Shown piece by piece: positions 8,530 through 17,911 of a DNA stretch of 64,000 nucleotides; positions within the stretch are counted from its first letter, which is position 1; each line of letters begins with the position of its first letter. Under the pieces are notes generated by a model. It was given only the letters and a program-made list of their open reading frames with translations. It was not told where the DNA came from and did not search any database. The stretch comes from an uncultured Vicinamibacteraceae bacterium (GTDB lineage Bacteria; Acidobacteriota; Vicinamibacteria; Vicinamibacterales; UBA8438), in the NCBI GenBank assembly GCA_964636705.1, contig CAZWUJ010000003.1, positions 128,873 through 192,872 of the forward strand, read 5' to 3'. Both the position numbers and the translations under genes were made by a program.

Positions 8530-9018
8530 TCACCAGTCTCGGTAGCGCGTCCCGTCGAGCGCGTTGCCGGGAGCACGCGAGTAGACGTCGTAGACGTTCC
8601 GCCCACCCCACCTGGGCGCGTCCGGCTCGTCCTGGTACGACCGGAGCCCCCAATCCGCTTCACGCGTAATCGGATCGATGGGGATCCGGCGGAGGAACCG
8701 GATCACGGCGCCCGCGTTCTCGTCAATCGGCTCGACTCCGTCTACCAATGTCTGAAGATCGGGCGGATAGCCCTGGTTCTGCGCATCAATATCGGGTCCA
8801 CCGATCACGCCGAGGTCGACAGCATCCTTGTAGCTGTCGATCGCCGTGCGCATTTCACGCAGGACGCGACGCAACTCGGTCTCACGCTGCCGCTGCACCG
8901 TCACGCGGGCGAGCGGCGCCGCAGCCGACGCGAGGATCAGCAGGATCACACTGACGATGAGGAGTTCGACGAACGAGTAGCCACGCTCACTACGGCTGCG
9001 TGGGAGTCGCATCGCCAT
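8530..9018 (-). CDS. gspG: type II secretion GspG-like pseudopilin
   Basis: SERG/YSFVELLIVSVILLIL has a prepilin motif with Glu+5. The body is GspG-like (GYPPDLQTLVDG...IPIDPIT). Confidence 0.8.
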   Translation of the reverse strand: MAMRLPRSRSERGYSFVELLIVSVILLILASAAAPLARVTVQRQRETELRRVLREMRTAIDSYKDAVDLGVIGGPDIDAQNQGYPPDLQTLVDGVEPIDENAGAVIRFLRRIPIDPITREADWGLRSYQDEPDAPRWGGRNVYDVYSRAPGNALDGTRYRDW

Positions 9019-9607
9019 TCTCCGCTACCGCGGCGTCCCAGTAGTAAGTCACGAGACTGAGGGTCAGGATCTGCGTCCCTTCCGCTCTCTCCCCGCCACT
9101 CAGCAGGATCTCTTCAATCACCAGAAAGTCGGGTAGCACCTCCACCGCCGCGATGAACTCACGGAGCTGGCGGTAGGCGCCCTGAACCACCATCAAGACC
9201 CGCAGTCGTTCAAGGCCGCTCGCCTCATCAGTATCGACTTCCGATGCGCGTCGCTCCATTGTCAGGCCATGCGCATCGACGAGAGATGCCAGCCCGCCGA
9301 AAGCTACGGTCCGGGCGTCCGTCAGGCCGTCCGGCAGCAGGTCGCGCCGGAACGCGTAAAGGTCGGTATCGACGCGGGTCAGTCCGTCGGCCGCCGCGCT
9401 ACTGCTCTCCAACCGCTGTTCGGCCGTCTCAAGCGCCGCCGCCGCGGCCGCCGCGCGGTGTCCAGCGTTCGCCAGCTTGACCGTCCAGGGATAGACCGCG
9501 AGCGCCCATAGGCCGGCGTCAACCGCCAGCACGATTGCCACCGCCGTCACGGCCACGCGCTTCTCCGCGAGGACGCGCCCCGCGAAAGCGAGGGGCAAAC
9601 CGGTCAT
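8990..9607 (-). CDS. PilO/GspM-like assembly protein
   Basis: It has a single N-terminal TM segment, a coiled region and a ferredoxin-like C-terminus. It sits after the PilM/PilN-like genes. Confidence 0.55.
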   Translation of the reverse strand: MTGLPLAFAGRVLAEKRVAVTAVAIVLAVDAGLWALAVYPWTVKLANAGHRAAAAAAALETAEQRLESSSAAADGLTRVDTDLYAFRRDLLPDGLTDARTVAFGGLASLVDAHGLTMERRASEVDTDEASGLERLRVLMVVQGAYRQLREFIAAVEVLPDFLVIEEILLSGGERAEGTQILTLSLVTYYWDAAVAENGDATPTQP

Positions 9608-10215
9608 GACCGCCCCTCCGCGTCCCCGCTGGTCCGGATCGCGTCGTCCGTGGCAGTCGTGGCAGGGTCTGGTACAACGCGGCCGCGCACCTGAGCCCGG
9701 TACGTTCCCTCTTCGCCAAGTTCCGCCTGACGGGCCAGTACACCGACGAACGCGCCAGTCGCTTCGAGCTGTTCGATGAATCGATCGATCTCGTCCAGAT
9801 TCCGCCCCACAACGTCCAGGTCGAGAGCCAGCGCGCCATCGGTCGCGTCCGGGCGGACCGCCGTCAACATCACCCCGGGCGGCAAGGTTTCGTCAATAAG
9901 GTCGAAGAAACCGGTCCAGGAGAAGCTGCGCTGCGCAATCAGCCGGTCCACTGCCGCCGCGGCGGAGGCGACGTCGTCGACCCGCTCGCCCCCGAGGCCT
10001 TGTTCGAGAACCGTGCTTCTGCTGAGGAGCGCGGTCGCATCGCGTTCCGCCACCTCCGCCTCGCGGCTCAGCAGGTCGGTCGCGCGGGAAAGCTCCACCA
10101 AACGCACCGCTCCCAATGACAAGCTCGCGACGGCGGCAAGTCCGACCGCAGCCAGCCCCAGGTGGACTGCCCGCTCGTTGTAGAAGGGACGTGTCGCCAG
10201 GTTCGTCGTCAGCAT
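9604..10215 (-). CDS. PilN/GspL(periplasmic)-like assembly protein
   Basis: The N-terminus NLATRPFYNER is followed by a TM segment, as in PilN-family proteins. There is a 4-nt overlap with the next gene. Confidence 0.6.
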   Translation of the reverse strand: MLTTNLATRPFYNERAVHLGLAAVGLAAVASLSLGAVRLVELSRATDLLSREAEVAERDATALLSRSTVLEQGLGGERVDDVASAAAAVDRLIAQRSFSWTGFFDLIDETLPPGVMLTAVRPDATDGALALDLDVVGRNLDEIDRFIEQLEATGAFVGVLARQAELGEEGTYRAQVRGRVVPDPATTATDDAIRTSGDAEGRS

Positions 10216-10228
10216 GGAAGCCGTCCGG

Positions 10229-11206
10229 TCAAGCCGCCGGCGCCTCCGCGGATCGGCGGCGGTCGCGCAACAGCATCCCTATCGGCGCTGCCAGCATTTC
10301 CAGGCGCGCCGCTGAACCGGCGCCCGGATCCACCAGAAGTGGCGCCAACCGATCGGCAAGGCGTCCGACAGGGAGATCCGGCAACCGATCCGCGATGACG
10401 GCTTCGACGCGGCCATCTCCCTCGACGAGGGCGCACGCAAGCCCGCGGCCGCCGAGACGGTCCTCGTAGTACATCGCCGTCTGATGTACCAGATCGTCGA
10501 TGCGTCCGCCGTCCGCCGGCAGGTGGCGGAAGAACAGCAGCCTGTCGCCGCGAACAATCGCTACCGAGCCCGCTCCTGCCACGGTGGCAACCAGCATCCA
10601 ATCGTCCCCGTCGTCACCCGCTCCATGCGCCAGCGCGGCGTTGACAAGGTTGTTGCAGGCAATGTCGACTATCCCCGCACGGGCCGACGCGGCATCACTC
10701 GCGGCTTCGTACTCCGCCACAACGTCGCGCCGGGCCACTATCACGACGAACGACTTTCCTCCGTCGTCGCTCTCGACGCCGGGTGTCCACGCAAGTTGCG
10801 CCTCGTCCAGCCGGAACGGAGCCGAACTCCCGACCTGCCACCGGATCAGTTCGTCGAGATCGGCCGCACGAACCGGCGCCTCATCAAAGTGGACAATCGA
10901 CACTTTCGCTGCGCCATCCGGCATCACGAGGGCGATGCGCGACGGACGGCGCGGCAGCCGACCCAGCGCCTCATCGACCGCCCGGGTGACGGCCGACGTA
11001 TCGTGAATGTTCCGGCCGGTTACCGACGGCGTTACCGCACCGTCCGGCAGCCCAACTCGGGCATGGCCCATGAGCTCCGGCGCCCCCCGCGCGCGCTTGA
11101 CTTGCACTGCGGCAACATGGTCGGCAGCAACCGACACCGCGGAGGAAGGCCCCGGCGACACCACGAGCGCCCGCAACACCCGGCCGAACGCTCCCAGCTC
11201 AGGCAA
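10229..11206 (-). CDS. PilM/GspL(cytoplasmic)-like actin-fold assembly protein
   Basis: 325 aa and cytoplasmic. It lies between the GspE ATPase gene and the PilN-like gene. Its start overlaps the gspE stop by 8 nt. Confidence 0.6.
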   Translation of the reverse strand: MPELGAFGRVLRALVVSPGPSSAVSVAADHVAAVQVKRARGAPELMGHARVGLPDGAVTPSVTGRNIHDTSAVTRAVDEALGRLPRRPSRIALVMPDGAAKVSIVHFDEAPVRAADLDELIRWQVGSSAPFRLDEAQLAWTPGVESDDGGKSFVVIVARRDVVAEYEAASDAASARAGIVDIACNNLVNAALAHGAGDDGDDWMLVATVAGAGSVAIVRGDRLLFFRHLPADGGRIDDLVHQTAMYYEDRLGGRGLACALVEGDGRVEAVIADRLPDLPVGRLADRLAPLLVDPGAGSAARLEMLAAPIGMLLRDRRRSAEAPAA

Positions 11207-12833
11207 CGAAAGTCACCTTGTTGATCTCGTGGAGGGTCGTGTGGCCCGCTAGCACCTGTTCGACCGCTGACTCGCGCAGGAACCGCATTCCACTGGCATG
11301 GGCTGCCGCCTTGATATCCGATGCCGGCCGCCTTTCCAGAATCATCTCGCGCAACTCGTCAGTCAAATCCAAGAGCTCACCAATCGCCCGCCGGCCCCGA
11401 TACCCCGTCCCCCCACACTCGATGCAGCCTACTCCCTCGTACAGCGTGTGCCCGGCAGCCATGGCCGGCTCGATCGCCGACTCACCAAGCGCCGCTTCGG
11501 AAACGCTCGCCGGCCGACGGCAATCGCGGCACAGGGTTCGCACGAGGCGCTGCGCGAGCACGCAGTTGAGCGACGAAACGAACTGATACGGCTCGACACC
11601 CATGTTGAGAAAGCGGCCGAGAACGTCGATCACGTTGTTCGCATGCACGGTGGTAAAGACGAGATGCCCCGTGAGAGCCGACTGAATCGCGATTTGCGCC
11701 GTCTCCGGGTCGCGGATTTCGCCCACCATGATCTTGTCCGGGTCGTGCCGCAGGATTGAGCGCAACCCGCGCGCAAAGGTCAATCCCTTCCGCTCGTTGA
11801 TCGGGATCTGGGTAATCCCCTTCAACTGATATTCGACGGGATCTTCGATCGTAACGATCTTGTCCTCCGGCGAGGCGATCTCGGAAAGCGCTGCATACAA
11901 CGTTGTCGTCTTGCCGCTGCCGGTCGGGCCGGTCACGAGCACCATGCCGTACGGCTCCGCAATGGCGCGGCGAAAACGCCGGAGCAGGTCCTCCCGAAAA
12001 CCGAGAATGTCGAGACGCAACTCACGGAACTGCTCGCTGATGGACGTCTTGTCGAGAATACGGATCACCGCGTGCTCGCCATGAATACTCGGCATGATCG
12101 AGACCCGGAAGTCGATCGTCTTGCCGGGCATCTTCAGCTTGAATCGTCCATCCTGGGGTACGCGCTTCTCCGCTATGTCGAGCTCGGCCATCACCTTGAT
12201 CCGGGACAGAACCGCACCATGGAACTGCCGGTCTATGGGCCGCATCGCCGACTGAAGAACGCCATCGATCCGGTACTTGACATGCACCGCGTCGTCCTGC
12301 GTCTCCACGTGGATGTCGCTCGCGCGGCGCTGAATGGCCGTGTAGATGATCGAGTCCACCAGCTTGATGACCGGCGAGAGGTCACTGGTCAGCCTCTCGA
12401 CCGTAAGCGTCTCGTCGCCCCCGTCGTCTTCGCGCAGGAGCTGCAGGCCGAAACTCTCGGTCGCCTCATCGAGAACGCGCTGTGAACTCTCGCTCCTTGC
12501 CAGAATGGCGTCGATCGCCGAGGGCGTGCCAACCGTGACGGTAACCGGCGTTCCAAGCAGGAGCGACAACTCGTCGATCATCGGCAGGTCGGTCGGATCG
12601 GATACGACGACCTCTAGCGCTTCACCGTCGCGGCGGCGTGGGACGAACCGGTAGCGAAGCATGAGGTCTGCCGGGATCGAGCGGAGCAATTCCGGGTCGA
12701 TGACGAATGAACCCATGTCGACGTAGTCGAGCCGGTAGCGCTCGGCGAGCTCGCGCGCGCGCTCTTCCTCGACCGCCGCTTGAAGGGTAGCCTTCTGCGG
12801 GTCGCCTCTCGCGACGGTATCCGTGTCGGCCAT
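11199..12833 (-). CDS. GspE/PilB-family secretion ATPase
   Basis: It has Walker A (GPTGSGKTTTLYAAL), Asp/His boxes and a tetracysteine motif (CRDC...CIECGGTG). Confidence 0.9.
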   Translation of the reverse strand: MADTDTVARGDPQKATLQAAVEEERARELAERYRLDYVDMGSFVIDPELLRSIPADLMLRYRFVPRRRDGEALEVVVSDPTDLPMIDELSLLLGTPVTVTVGTPSAIDAILARSESSQRVLDEATESFGLQLLREDDGGDETLTVERLTSDLSPVIKLVDSIIYTAIQRRASDIHVETQDDAVHVKYRIDGVLQSAMRPIDRQFHGAVLSRIKVMAELDIAEKRVPQDGRFKLKMPGKTIDFRVSIMPSIHGEHAVIRILDKTSISEQFRELRLDILGFREDLLRRFRRAIAEPYGMVLVTGPTGSGKTTTLYAALSEIASPEDKIVTIEDPVEYQLKGITQIPINERKGLTFARGLRSILRHDPDKIMVGEIRDPETAQIAIQSALTGHLVFTTVHANNVIDVLGRFLNMGVEPYQFVSSLNCVLAQRLVRTLCRDCRRPASVSEAALGESAIEPAMAAGHTLYEGVGCIECGGTGYRGRRAIGELLDLTDELREMILERRPASDIKAAAHASGMRFLRESAVEQVLAGHTTLHEINKVTFVA

Positions 12834-14059
12834 CAGACAATCGTCCCCAACTGCAGCAGGGGCATGTACAGCGCCAGCAGCAGACCGGCGATCACGATCC
12901 CCATCACGACCAGCAGCAGCGGCTCGACAAGGGTAAGGAATCGGGCGAGTGTCGTCTCGATCTCCTCGTCGAAGAAGTCGGCCACGGCATTCAACATTTC
13001 GGCCAGCGCACCGGTTGACTCCCCCACTTCCACCATTTCGACGGCCACGGAGGGAAACGCCCCACCCTTGTCCATCGACGCAGCGAGCGGCTGACCTGCC
13101 CTGACCTCGTTCGCCACCCCTTCAAGCTGTCTCGCGACATGACGATTGCCCACCGCACCTGCCGTCACGTCAAGCGCCTGCACCAACGGGATTCCGCCGC
13201 CGAGGAGCGTCGACAGCGTCCGGGCCATCTGGGACGTCGCGAATTTCGTCGCCACGCCGCCGGCAAACGGAATGCGGAGAAGCAACCGATCAAGCAGTGC
13301 GCCCCGCTCCGGTTGCCGCGACCATGCCCAGGCGACTGCCGCTGTACCTGCGCCCGCCAAAAGAATCAGCCAGCCATAGCTCACGGCAATGGTCGATAGG
13401 TTCGTCAGTACGCGCGTCGCGAGGGGCAAGGTCGCACCCATTCCCTCGTAGAAGCTGGCGAACTCCGGGACGACGCGCAGTATGATGATCGCTACCACAG
13501 CGGCAGAAAGCGCCAGGAGGATCGCCGGGTAGATGAGCGCGGATATCGTGCGCCGCCGCACGCCGCTGATCGTGCGCGCGTAGCTCACGTAGCGCCGTAG
13601 TGTCGCTTCGAGACTGCCGCTCTGCTCACCGGCAAGCAGGGAGGCCGCATATACCCCCGGTACGACGTCGCCGTGGCTCGCGAAGGCCTCCGAGAGCGCG
13701 ACGCCTCCTCGCACCTGCTCGTACACGTCGTCCAGAATCGCCTTGAGGACCGGCGCATCGATCCGTCGGCGCAGGATGTCGAGCGACTGGACCAGCGGCA
13801 TCCCCGCCCCGAGCAGAACCGCCAATTCCTGATTGAAGACGGTGAACTCACGCGTGCCGAGCCGCCGGCCCAGGAAACCGGGACGGCGCCCCGCACGGAG
13901 CACTTGCGCCGGCAGACCGAGAACACCGGTCCGGCGCATCGAAAAGACGTACAGTCCTTCCTGTTCTAGATCGGTACGGAGTCGCGCCTCGCTGTCGGCA
14001 GCGCAGACCCGTTCGAGGATCCTGCCGTCCGCGGTTCCCAGTCGGCAACGGAATTCCAT
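12833..14059 (-). CDS. GspF/PilC-family inner-membrane platform protein
   Basis: Within ORF 12833..14143. I place the start at MEFRCRLG. The protein is a duplicated T2SF domain. There is a TGATG overlap with the ATPase start. Confidence 0.85.
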   Translation of the reverse strand: MEFRCRLGTADGRILERVCAADSEARLRTDLEQEGLYVFSMRRTGVLGLPAQVLRAGRRPGFLGRRLGTREFTVFNQELAVLLGAGMPLVQSLDILRRRIDAPVLKAILDDVYEQVRGGVALSEAFASHGDVVPGVYAASLLAGEQSGSLEATLRRYVSYARTISGVRRRTISALIYPAILLALSAAVVAIIILRVVPEFASFYEGMGATLPLATRVLTNLSTIAVSYGWLILLAGAGTAAVAWAWSRQPERGALLDRLLLRIPFAGGVATKFATSQMARTLSTLLGGGIPLVQALDVTAGAVGNRHVARQLEGVANEVRAGQPLAASMDKGGAFPSVAVEMVEVGESTGALAEMLNAVADFFDEEIETTLARFLTLVEPLLLVVMGIVIAGLLLALYMPLLQLGTIV

Positions 14060-14154
14060 TCTGCGGTGAGTTGCGGCCGAACCAGACGCGGCACTGCAAC
14101 AACCCTCTGTCAGATTATCGGCAGGCTTTGACCGCGGCAACAACCGGGCCGCTG

Positions 14155-14862
14155 CTAGTTGGCAGTCTCGCCCGACGCGGCATCGCGGTGGGCATCGACG
14201 AGGGCGAGTACCCGACCGACGTAGTAGCGGGTCTCGCGATACGGAGGTACGCCATTGAACTGGCGAACTGCTGCTTCGCCAGCGTTATAGGCGGCGATCG
14301 CGCCACGGGTACCGAACTTGTCCAGCAGGCTCCGGAGATAGCGGGTGCCGGCCTCGATGTTGGTCGCGGGGTCGTACGGGTCATCCACTCCCAGATGCTC
14401 CACGATCACAGGCATCAACTGCATCAGACCGGCCGCGCCCCGTGCCGAAGTCGCGTCGGCGCGGTACGCCGACTCGGCCTCGATCAGCGCATGCACCAGA
14501 AGTGGGTCAACGCCGTGACGCTCCGACGCGGCCGCGACGATCTCGGCATAGGGTCGAGAAGGCAGGGCAAGTCCGGAAATGGGCACCGTCTTGGCAGACT
14601 CCTCCACCGGACGCGGCAGGCCCGCAGCGTCGACTTCAATGCGGTCGACCAGGTCGGGAGCAACCGCCAACTCGCCACCATCCCGAAGCTGGAGAACGAA
14701 CGTGCCGTCGACAACCGCGCGTCCCGTGGTGGACAGCATCTGTCCGTTGCCGAAGAGGACTCGCTCGGCGGTCGGGGGCGCCTCGGCCGTTCGGCTGGGC
14801 CAAGCGGCCAGCACCACGGCACAGCAGACGCACCTTGCCAGCGTCTTCTTCAGGTCAGGCAT
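14155..14862 (-). CDS. lytic transglycosylase (SLT domain), secreted
   Basis: SLT motifs are present (ES...AGLMQLMP...YNAG). The signal peptide begins at MPDLKK. The ORF could extend to 14898. Confidence 0.8.
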   Translation of the reverse strand: MPDLKKTLARCVCCAVVLAAWPSRTAEAPPTAERVLFGNGQMLSTTGRAVVDGTFVLQLRDGGELAVAPDLVDRIEVDAAGLPRPVEESAKTVPISGLALPSRPYAEIVAAASERHGVDPLLVHALIEAESAYRADATSARGAAGLMQLMPVIVEHLGVDDPYDPATNIEAGTRYLRSLLDKFGTRGAIAAYNAGEAAVRQFNGVPPYRETRYYVGRVLALVDAHRDAASGETAN

Positions 14863-14954
14863 CCCAACAGCGTACCCTGGCCGATCCAACCGGGCCAACC
14901 CTCTGAGCGCAGGTCCGCCCGTACCTTGGTTATCGGCCGTTGAAGCGCACGTCT

Positions 14955-15854
14955 CTAAAGGGGTTCGACGTAAACGCTCAGAACCCGCACGCCGAGCTCG
15001 CGGCTATCCTCCCCCGAACCCAACTCGGCGGGGACGAACGTCTGATCAACGACCAGTTCCATCCGCACCACGTCGTCGGATCCCAGCTCGGCCGCCGTAA
15101 CCGTCCGGTCAATCTCCACGGGTTCCGACGTTTCGAGAGACAGCTCCTCCAGAACCTGCTCACCTATTCGGAGACTGAACTGTTGAGGCGTCTCGAACAC
15201 GTTGGGCTGTCCCGCTACCTCCAGCATCACGCGCGCGTCGCCCCGGGGATTCTGGAAAGACACGACACCCTGACCGTCGGTCCAGCGCCAGAAGGTCTCG
15301 TTGTCCGCCTGCACCTCAACGCCGTGCCAGCCCTCCTCGTACACGAGGAAGCTGCTCTCGTGCTGCGGGGTGAACGTGAGGGACGCGACGCGATACGCAT
15401 TCTGGCCGATATGTTCACCCGCGAGCGCCAACCGCTCGCCGGTCGACGGCAGGTACAGACCAACGGCAACATCTCCTTCCCCGATATAGGGATAGAGAGG
15501 AACCATGACGCGGCGCGAATACTCGATGGTCTGCCCTGGCTCCCACTCGCTCGTCGGCGTCGGGGGCTGGTGATCGTCATTCCAGATCGGCTCGCCGTTG
15601 TTGTCGAGCACATGAACGAAGACCATGTAGTCATCGGTCATCGGCGCGAGGTCCGGCGATGCCCCGAAACGAAGCGTCATCTCGATCGGTCCGCCAATCG
15701 GAACGCTCATGCGGTCCAGCCGCATGTTGACCGTGGCAACCTGCGGACCCGCCGTACCGTTGCCGCAGCCAGCAGTCAGGAGCAACGCTGCCAGCGCCGG
15801 AAAGACGGCGCCAATGGCCACGACTCGCACGGTGCTGGGGTGTTGGTTTCGCAT
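14955..15854 (-). CDS. lipoprotein of unknown function at the head of the secretion operon
   Basis: The start at MRNQHPS gives a signal peptide with the lipobox LLTAGC. I recognise no motif in the mature part. Confidence 0.6.
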   Translation of the reverse strand: MRNQHPSTVRVVAIGAVFPALAALLLTAGCGNGTAGPQVATVNMRLDRMSVPIGGPIEMTLRFGASPDLAPMTDDYMVFVHVLDNNGEPIWNDDHQPPTPTSEWEPGQTIEYSRRVMVPLYPYIGEGDVAVGLYLPSTGERLALAGEHIGQNAYRVASLTFTPQHESSFLVYEEGWHGVEVQADNETFWRWTDGQGVVSFQNPRGDARVMLEVAGQPNVFETPQQFSLRIGEQVLEELSLETSEPVEIDRTVTAAELGSDDVVRMELVVDQTFVPAELGSGEDSRELGVRVLSVYVEPL

Positions 15855-15871
15855 CAGCCGGTCAGTGTACC

Positions 15872-16171
15872 ATGAGCCGCATGACGCTGGAAGCCCTCGG
15901 GATGATTGAAACCAAGGGGCTCGTGGGCTCGATCGAGGCAGCCGACGCGATGGTGAAGGCGGCAAACGTCATCCTCATCGGCAAGGAGTACATCGGCGCC
16001 GGCTACGTCACCGTCATGGTGCGGGGAGACGTCGGCGCGGTGAAAGCGGCCACGGACGCCGGAGCGGCGGCAGCGCGGCGCGTCGGTGAACTGATTTCGG
16101 TCCATGTCATTCCCCGGCCGCACACCGAGGTGGAGAGGATCCTCCCGCAGGTGAACGCGGCCACCCGATAG
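15872..16171 (+). CDS. bacterial microcompartment shell protein, BMC-H (Pfam00936 type)
   Basis: [27 protein letters not shown]...[21 protein letters not shown] is the canonical PduA/EutM/CcmK-type hexamer sequence. The start could instead be 15881. Confidence 0.9.
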   Translation: MSRMTLEALGMIETKGLVGSIEAADAMVKAANVILIGKEYIGAGYVTVMVRGDVGAVKAATDAGAAAARRVGELISVHVIPRPHTEVERILPQVNAATR

Positions 16172-16174
16172 CCG

Positions 16175-17911
16175 GTGTCTGCTTCGCCCGACTCCGGCCG
16201 GTCCCCGGAGCACCCTACCCGCGCCGTGGTCGACGCACGGCGCCTGGCCGAGCGTGCCTACGACACACTTCCCCAACTGGCCGAGCTGACGCAGGATCAG
16301 GTTGACGCCATTGTTGACGGGATGGCAACGGCGGCGGCGGGCGAGGCGGAAGCCCTGGCCGCGGCGGCCGTCGCGGAGACCGGTTACGGAGTCGTCGGCG
16401 ACAAGGTCCAGAAGAATCTCTTTGCGGCAAGAGACATCCACCGGTTCATCCGTCCCATGCGCACGGTCGGCGTGATCCGCCGCCTGGAGGGGCAACGGGT
16501 CGTGGAAATCGCCGAACCGTTCGGCGTGGTAGCTGCCATCGTTCCTTCTACGAATCCAACATCGACGGCGATCTACAAGCTGTTGATCGCGCTGAAGGCA
16601 CGTTGCCCAATCGTCCTCAGCCCACACCCCGCGGCGGTCAGTTGCGTCAACCGAACCGCCGCGCTCATGGAACGCGCGGCCCGCGACGCCGGCATGCCTG
16701 ATGGCGCTATCGCTTGTCTGTCGGAAATATCCCTGGAAGCGACGCAGGCGTTGATGACCCACCGCCGAGTTGCCGTAATCCTCGCCACCGGCGGGATGGG
16801 TCTGGTGCGTGCGGCGTACTCCGCCGGCAAGCCGGCCTACGGCGTCGGTCCGGGCAACGCTCCCGCGTACATTGAACGGACCGCCGACGTCGACAAGGCG
16901 GTTGCCGACATTGTTACCGGCAAGACGTTCGACAACGGCCTGCTCTGTTCGTCGGAGAATGCAGTTGTCGTTGACGCCGCTGTCGACGAGAAGGTTCGGC
17001 GTGCCTTCGAAGCCGAGGGAGCCTGTTTCCTGAAGCCCCGAGAAGCGTCGGCGCTTGCGCACCTGCTGGTGACGCCGCAACGCCTGCCCAATCCGGCTTG
17101 CGTCGGCCGGGACGCCGTCACAATCGCGCGGCAGGCGGGCTTGAACGTGCCGCGCGGAACCCGAGTGTTGATTGCGCCGCTCGACGGCGTCGGGCGGGAC
17201 TACCCGCTCTCGATCGAGAAGCTCTGCCCGGTGCTCGCCTACTACGTGGTCGACGACTGGCGTGCGGGTTGCGAGCGCTGCAAGGAAATCCTGCGCTACG
17301 GCGGGATGGGCCACACGATGGCGATTCACTCGCGCGACGAGAAGGTAATCCTGGAGTTCGGCCTCAAGAAACCCGCGTTCCGAATCGTCGTGAATACGCC
17401 CACCACACTTGGATCGATCGGGATGACGACGGGCCTCGATCCATCCATGACCCTTGGCTGCGGCGGCTGGGGTGGGAACATCACTTCCGACAACATCTCC
17501 CCGCGGCACCTGCTGAACGTCAAGCGCCTGGCGTACGAAACGCGTCCCGTGCCGCGCCAGGCCAAACCAAAGGGCGGGGGGGCGGCGGCGCCTGGCGCCG
17601 TTGCGCCGCCAATGGCCACTGCTCCGGCCGACGCCGCAACCCGCCTGGAGACGCGCCAGCCCGGGCTCGATGCCGGGTTGGTCGCAGCTCGGGTCGGCGC
17701 CTTCCTGACCACGCGCGAGCGTGCGCGATCCGCCGGCACAACGGTCACGCCCCCGTCACCGGAGAGCGAGGCGGCGCCGTTCGTCTGCGAGGACGATGTC
17801 CGTGCCGCGCTGCGTGACACTCGAAGGATCGTTGTCGGTCCCCGCACCATCATCACGCCGGCCGCGCGCGATCTGGCGGAGCGTCACGGCGTCTTTGTCG
17901 AAGCGGGCTAG
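16175..17911 (+). CDS. CoA-acylating aldehyde dehydrogenase (EutE/PduP/SucD-like) with a 119-aa C-terminal extension
   Basis: IVPSTNPTST, the catalytic Cys in NGLLCSSEN, and GMGHTMAIHS are present. A GTG start lies 3 nt after the BMC-H stop. The tail is a P/A/G linker, an amphipathic helix, a second linker and a 43-aa terminal module. Confidence 0.85.
   Translation: MSASPDSGRSPEHPTRAVVDARRLAERAYDTLPQLAELTQDQVDAIVDGMATAAAGEAEALAAAAVAETGYGVVGDKVQKNLFAARDIHRFIRPMRTVGVIRRLEGQRVVEIAEPFGVVAAIVPSTNPTSTAIYKLLIALKARCPIVLSPHPAAVSCVNRTAALMERAARDAGMPDGAIACLSEISLEATQALMTHRRVAVILATGGMGLVRAAYSAGKPAYGVGPGNAPAYIERTADVDKAVADIVTGKTFDNGLLCSSENAVVVDAAVDEKVRRAFEAEGACFLKPREASALAHLLVTPQRLPNPACVGRDAVTIARQAGLNVPRGTRVLIAPLDGVGRDYPLSIEKLCPVLAYYVVDDWRAGCERCKEILRYGGMGHTMAIHSRDEKVILEFGLKKPAFRIVVNTPTTLGSIGMTTGLDPSMTLGCGGWGGNITSDNISPRHLLNVKRLAYETRPVPRQAKPKGGGAAAPGAVAPPMATAPADAATRLETRQPGLDAGLVAARVGAFLTTRERARSAGTTVTPPSPESEAAPFVCEDDVRAALRDTRRIVVGPRTIITPAARDLAERHGVFVEAG

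Noticed and set aside
15854-17509. 551-aa minus-strand ORF covering the BMC-H and aldehyde dehydrogenase region
   Set aside because: It is antisense to two genes with strong family motifs. Its product is R/G/D/H/P-rich with no recognisable motif. This is a typical GC-driven shadow ORF.
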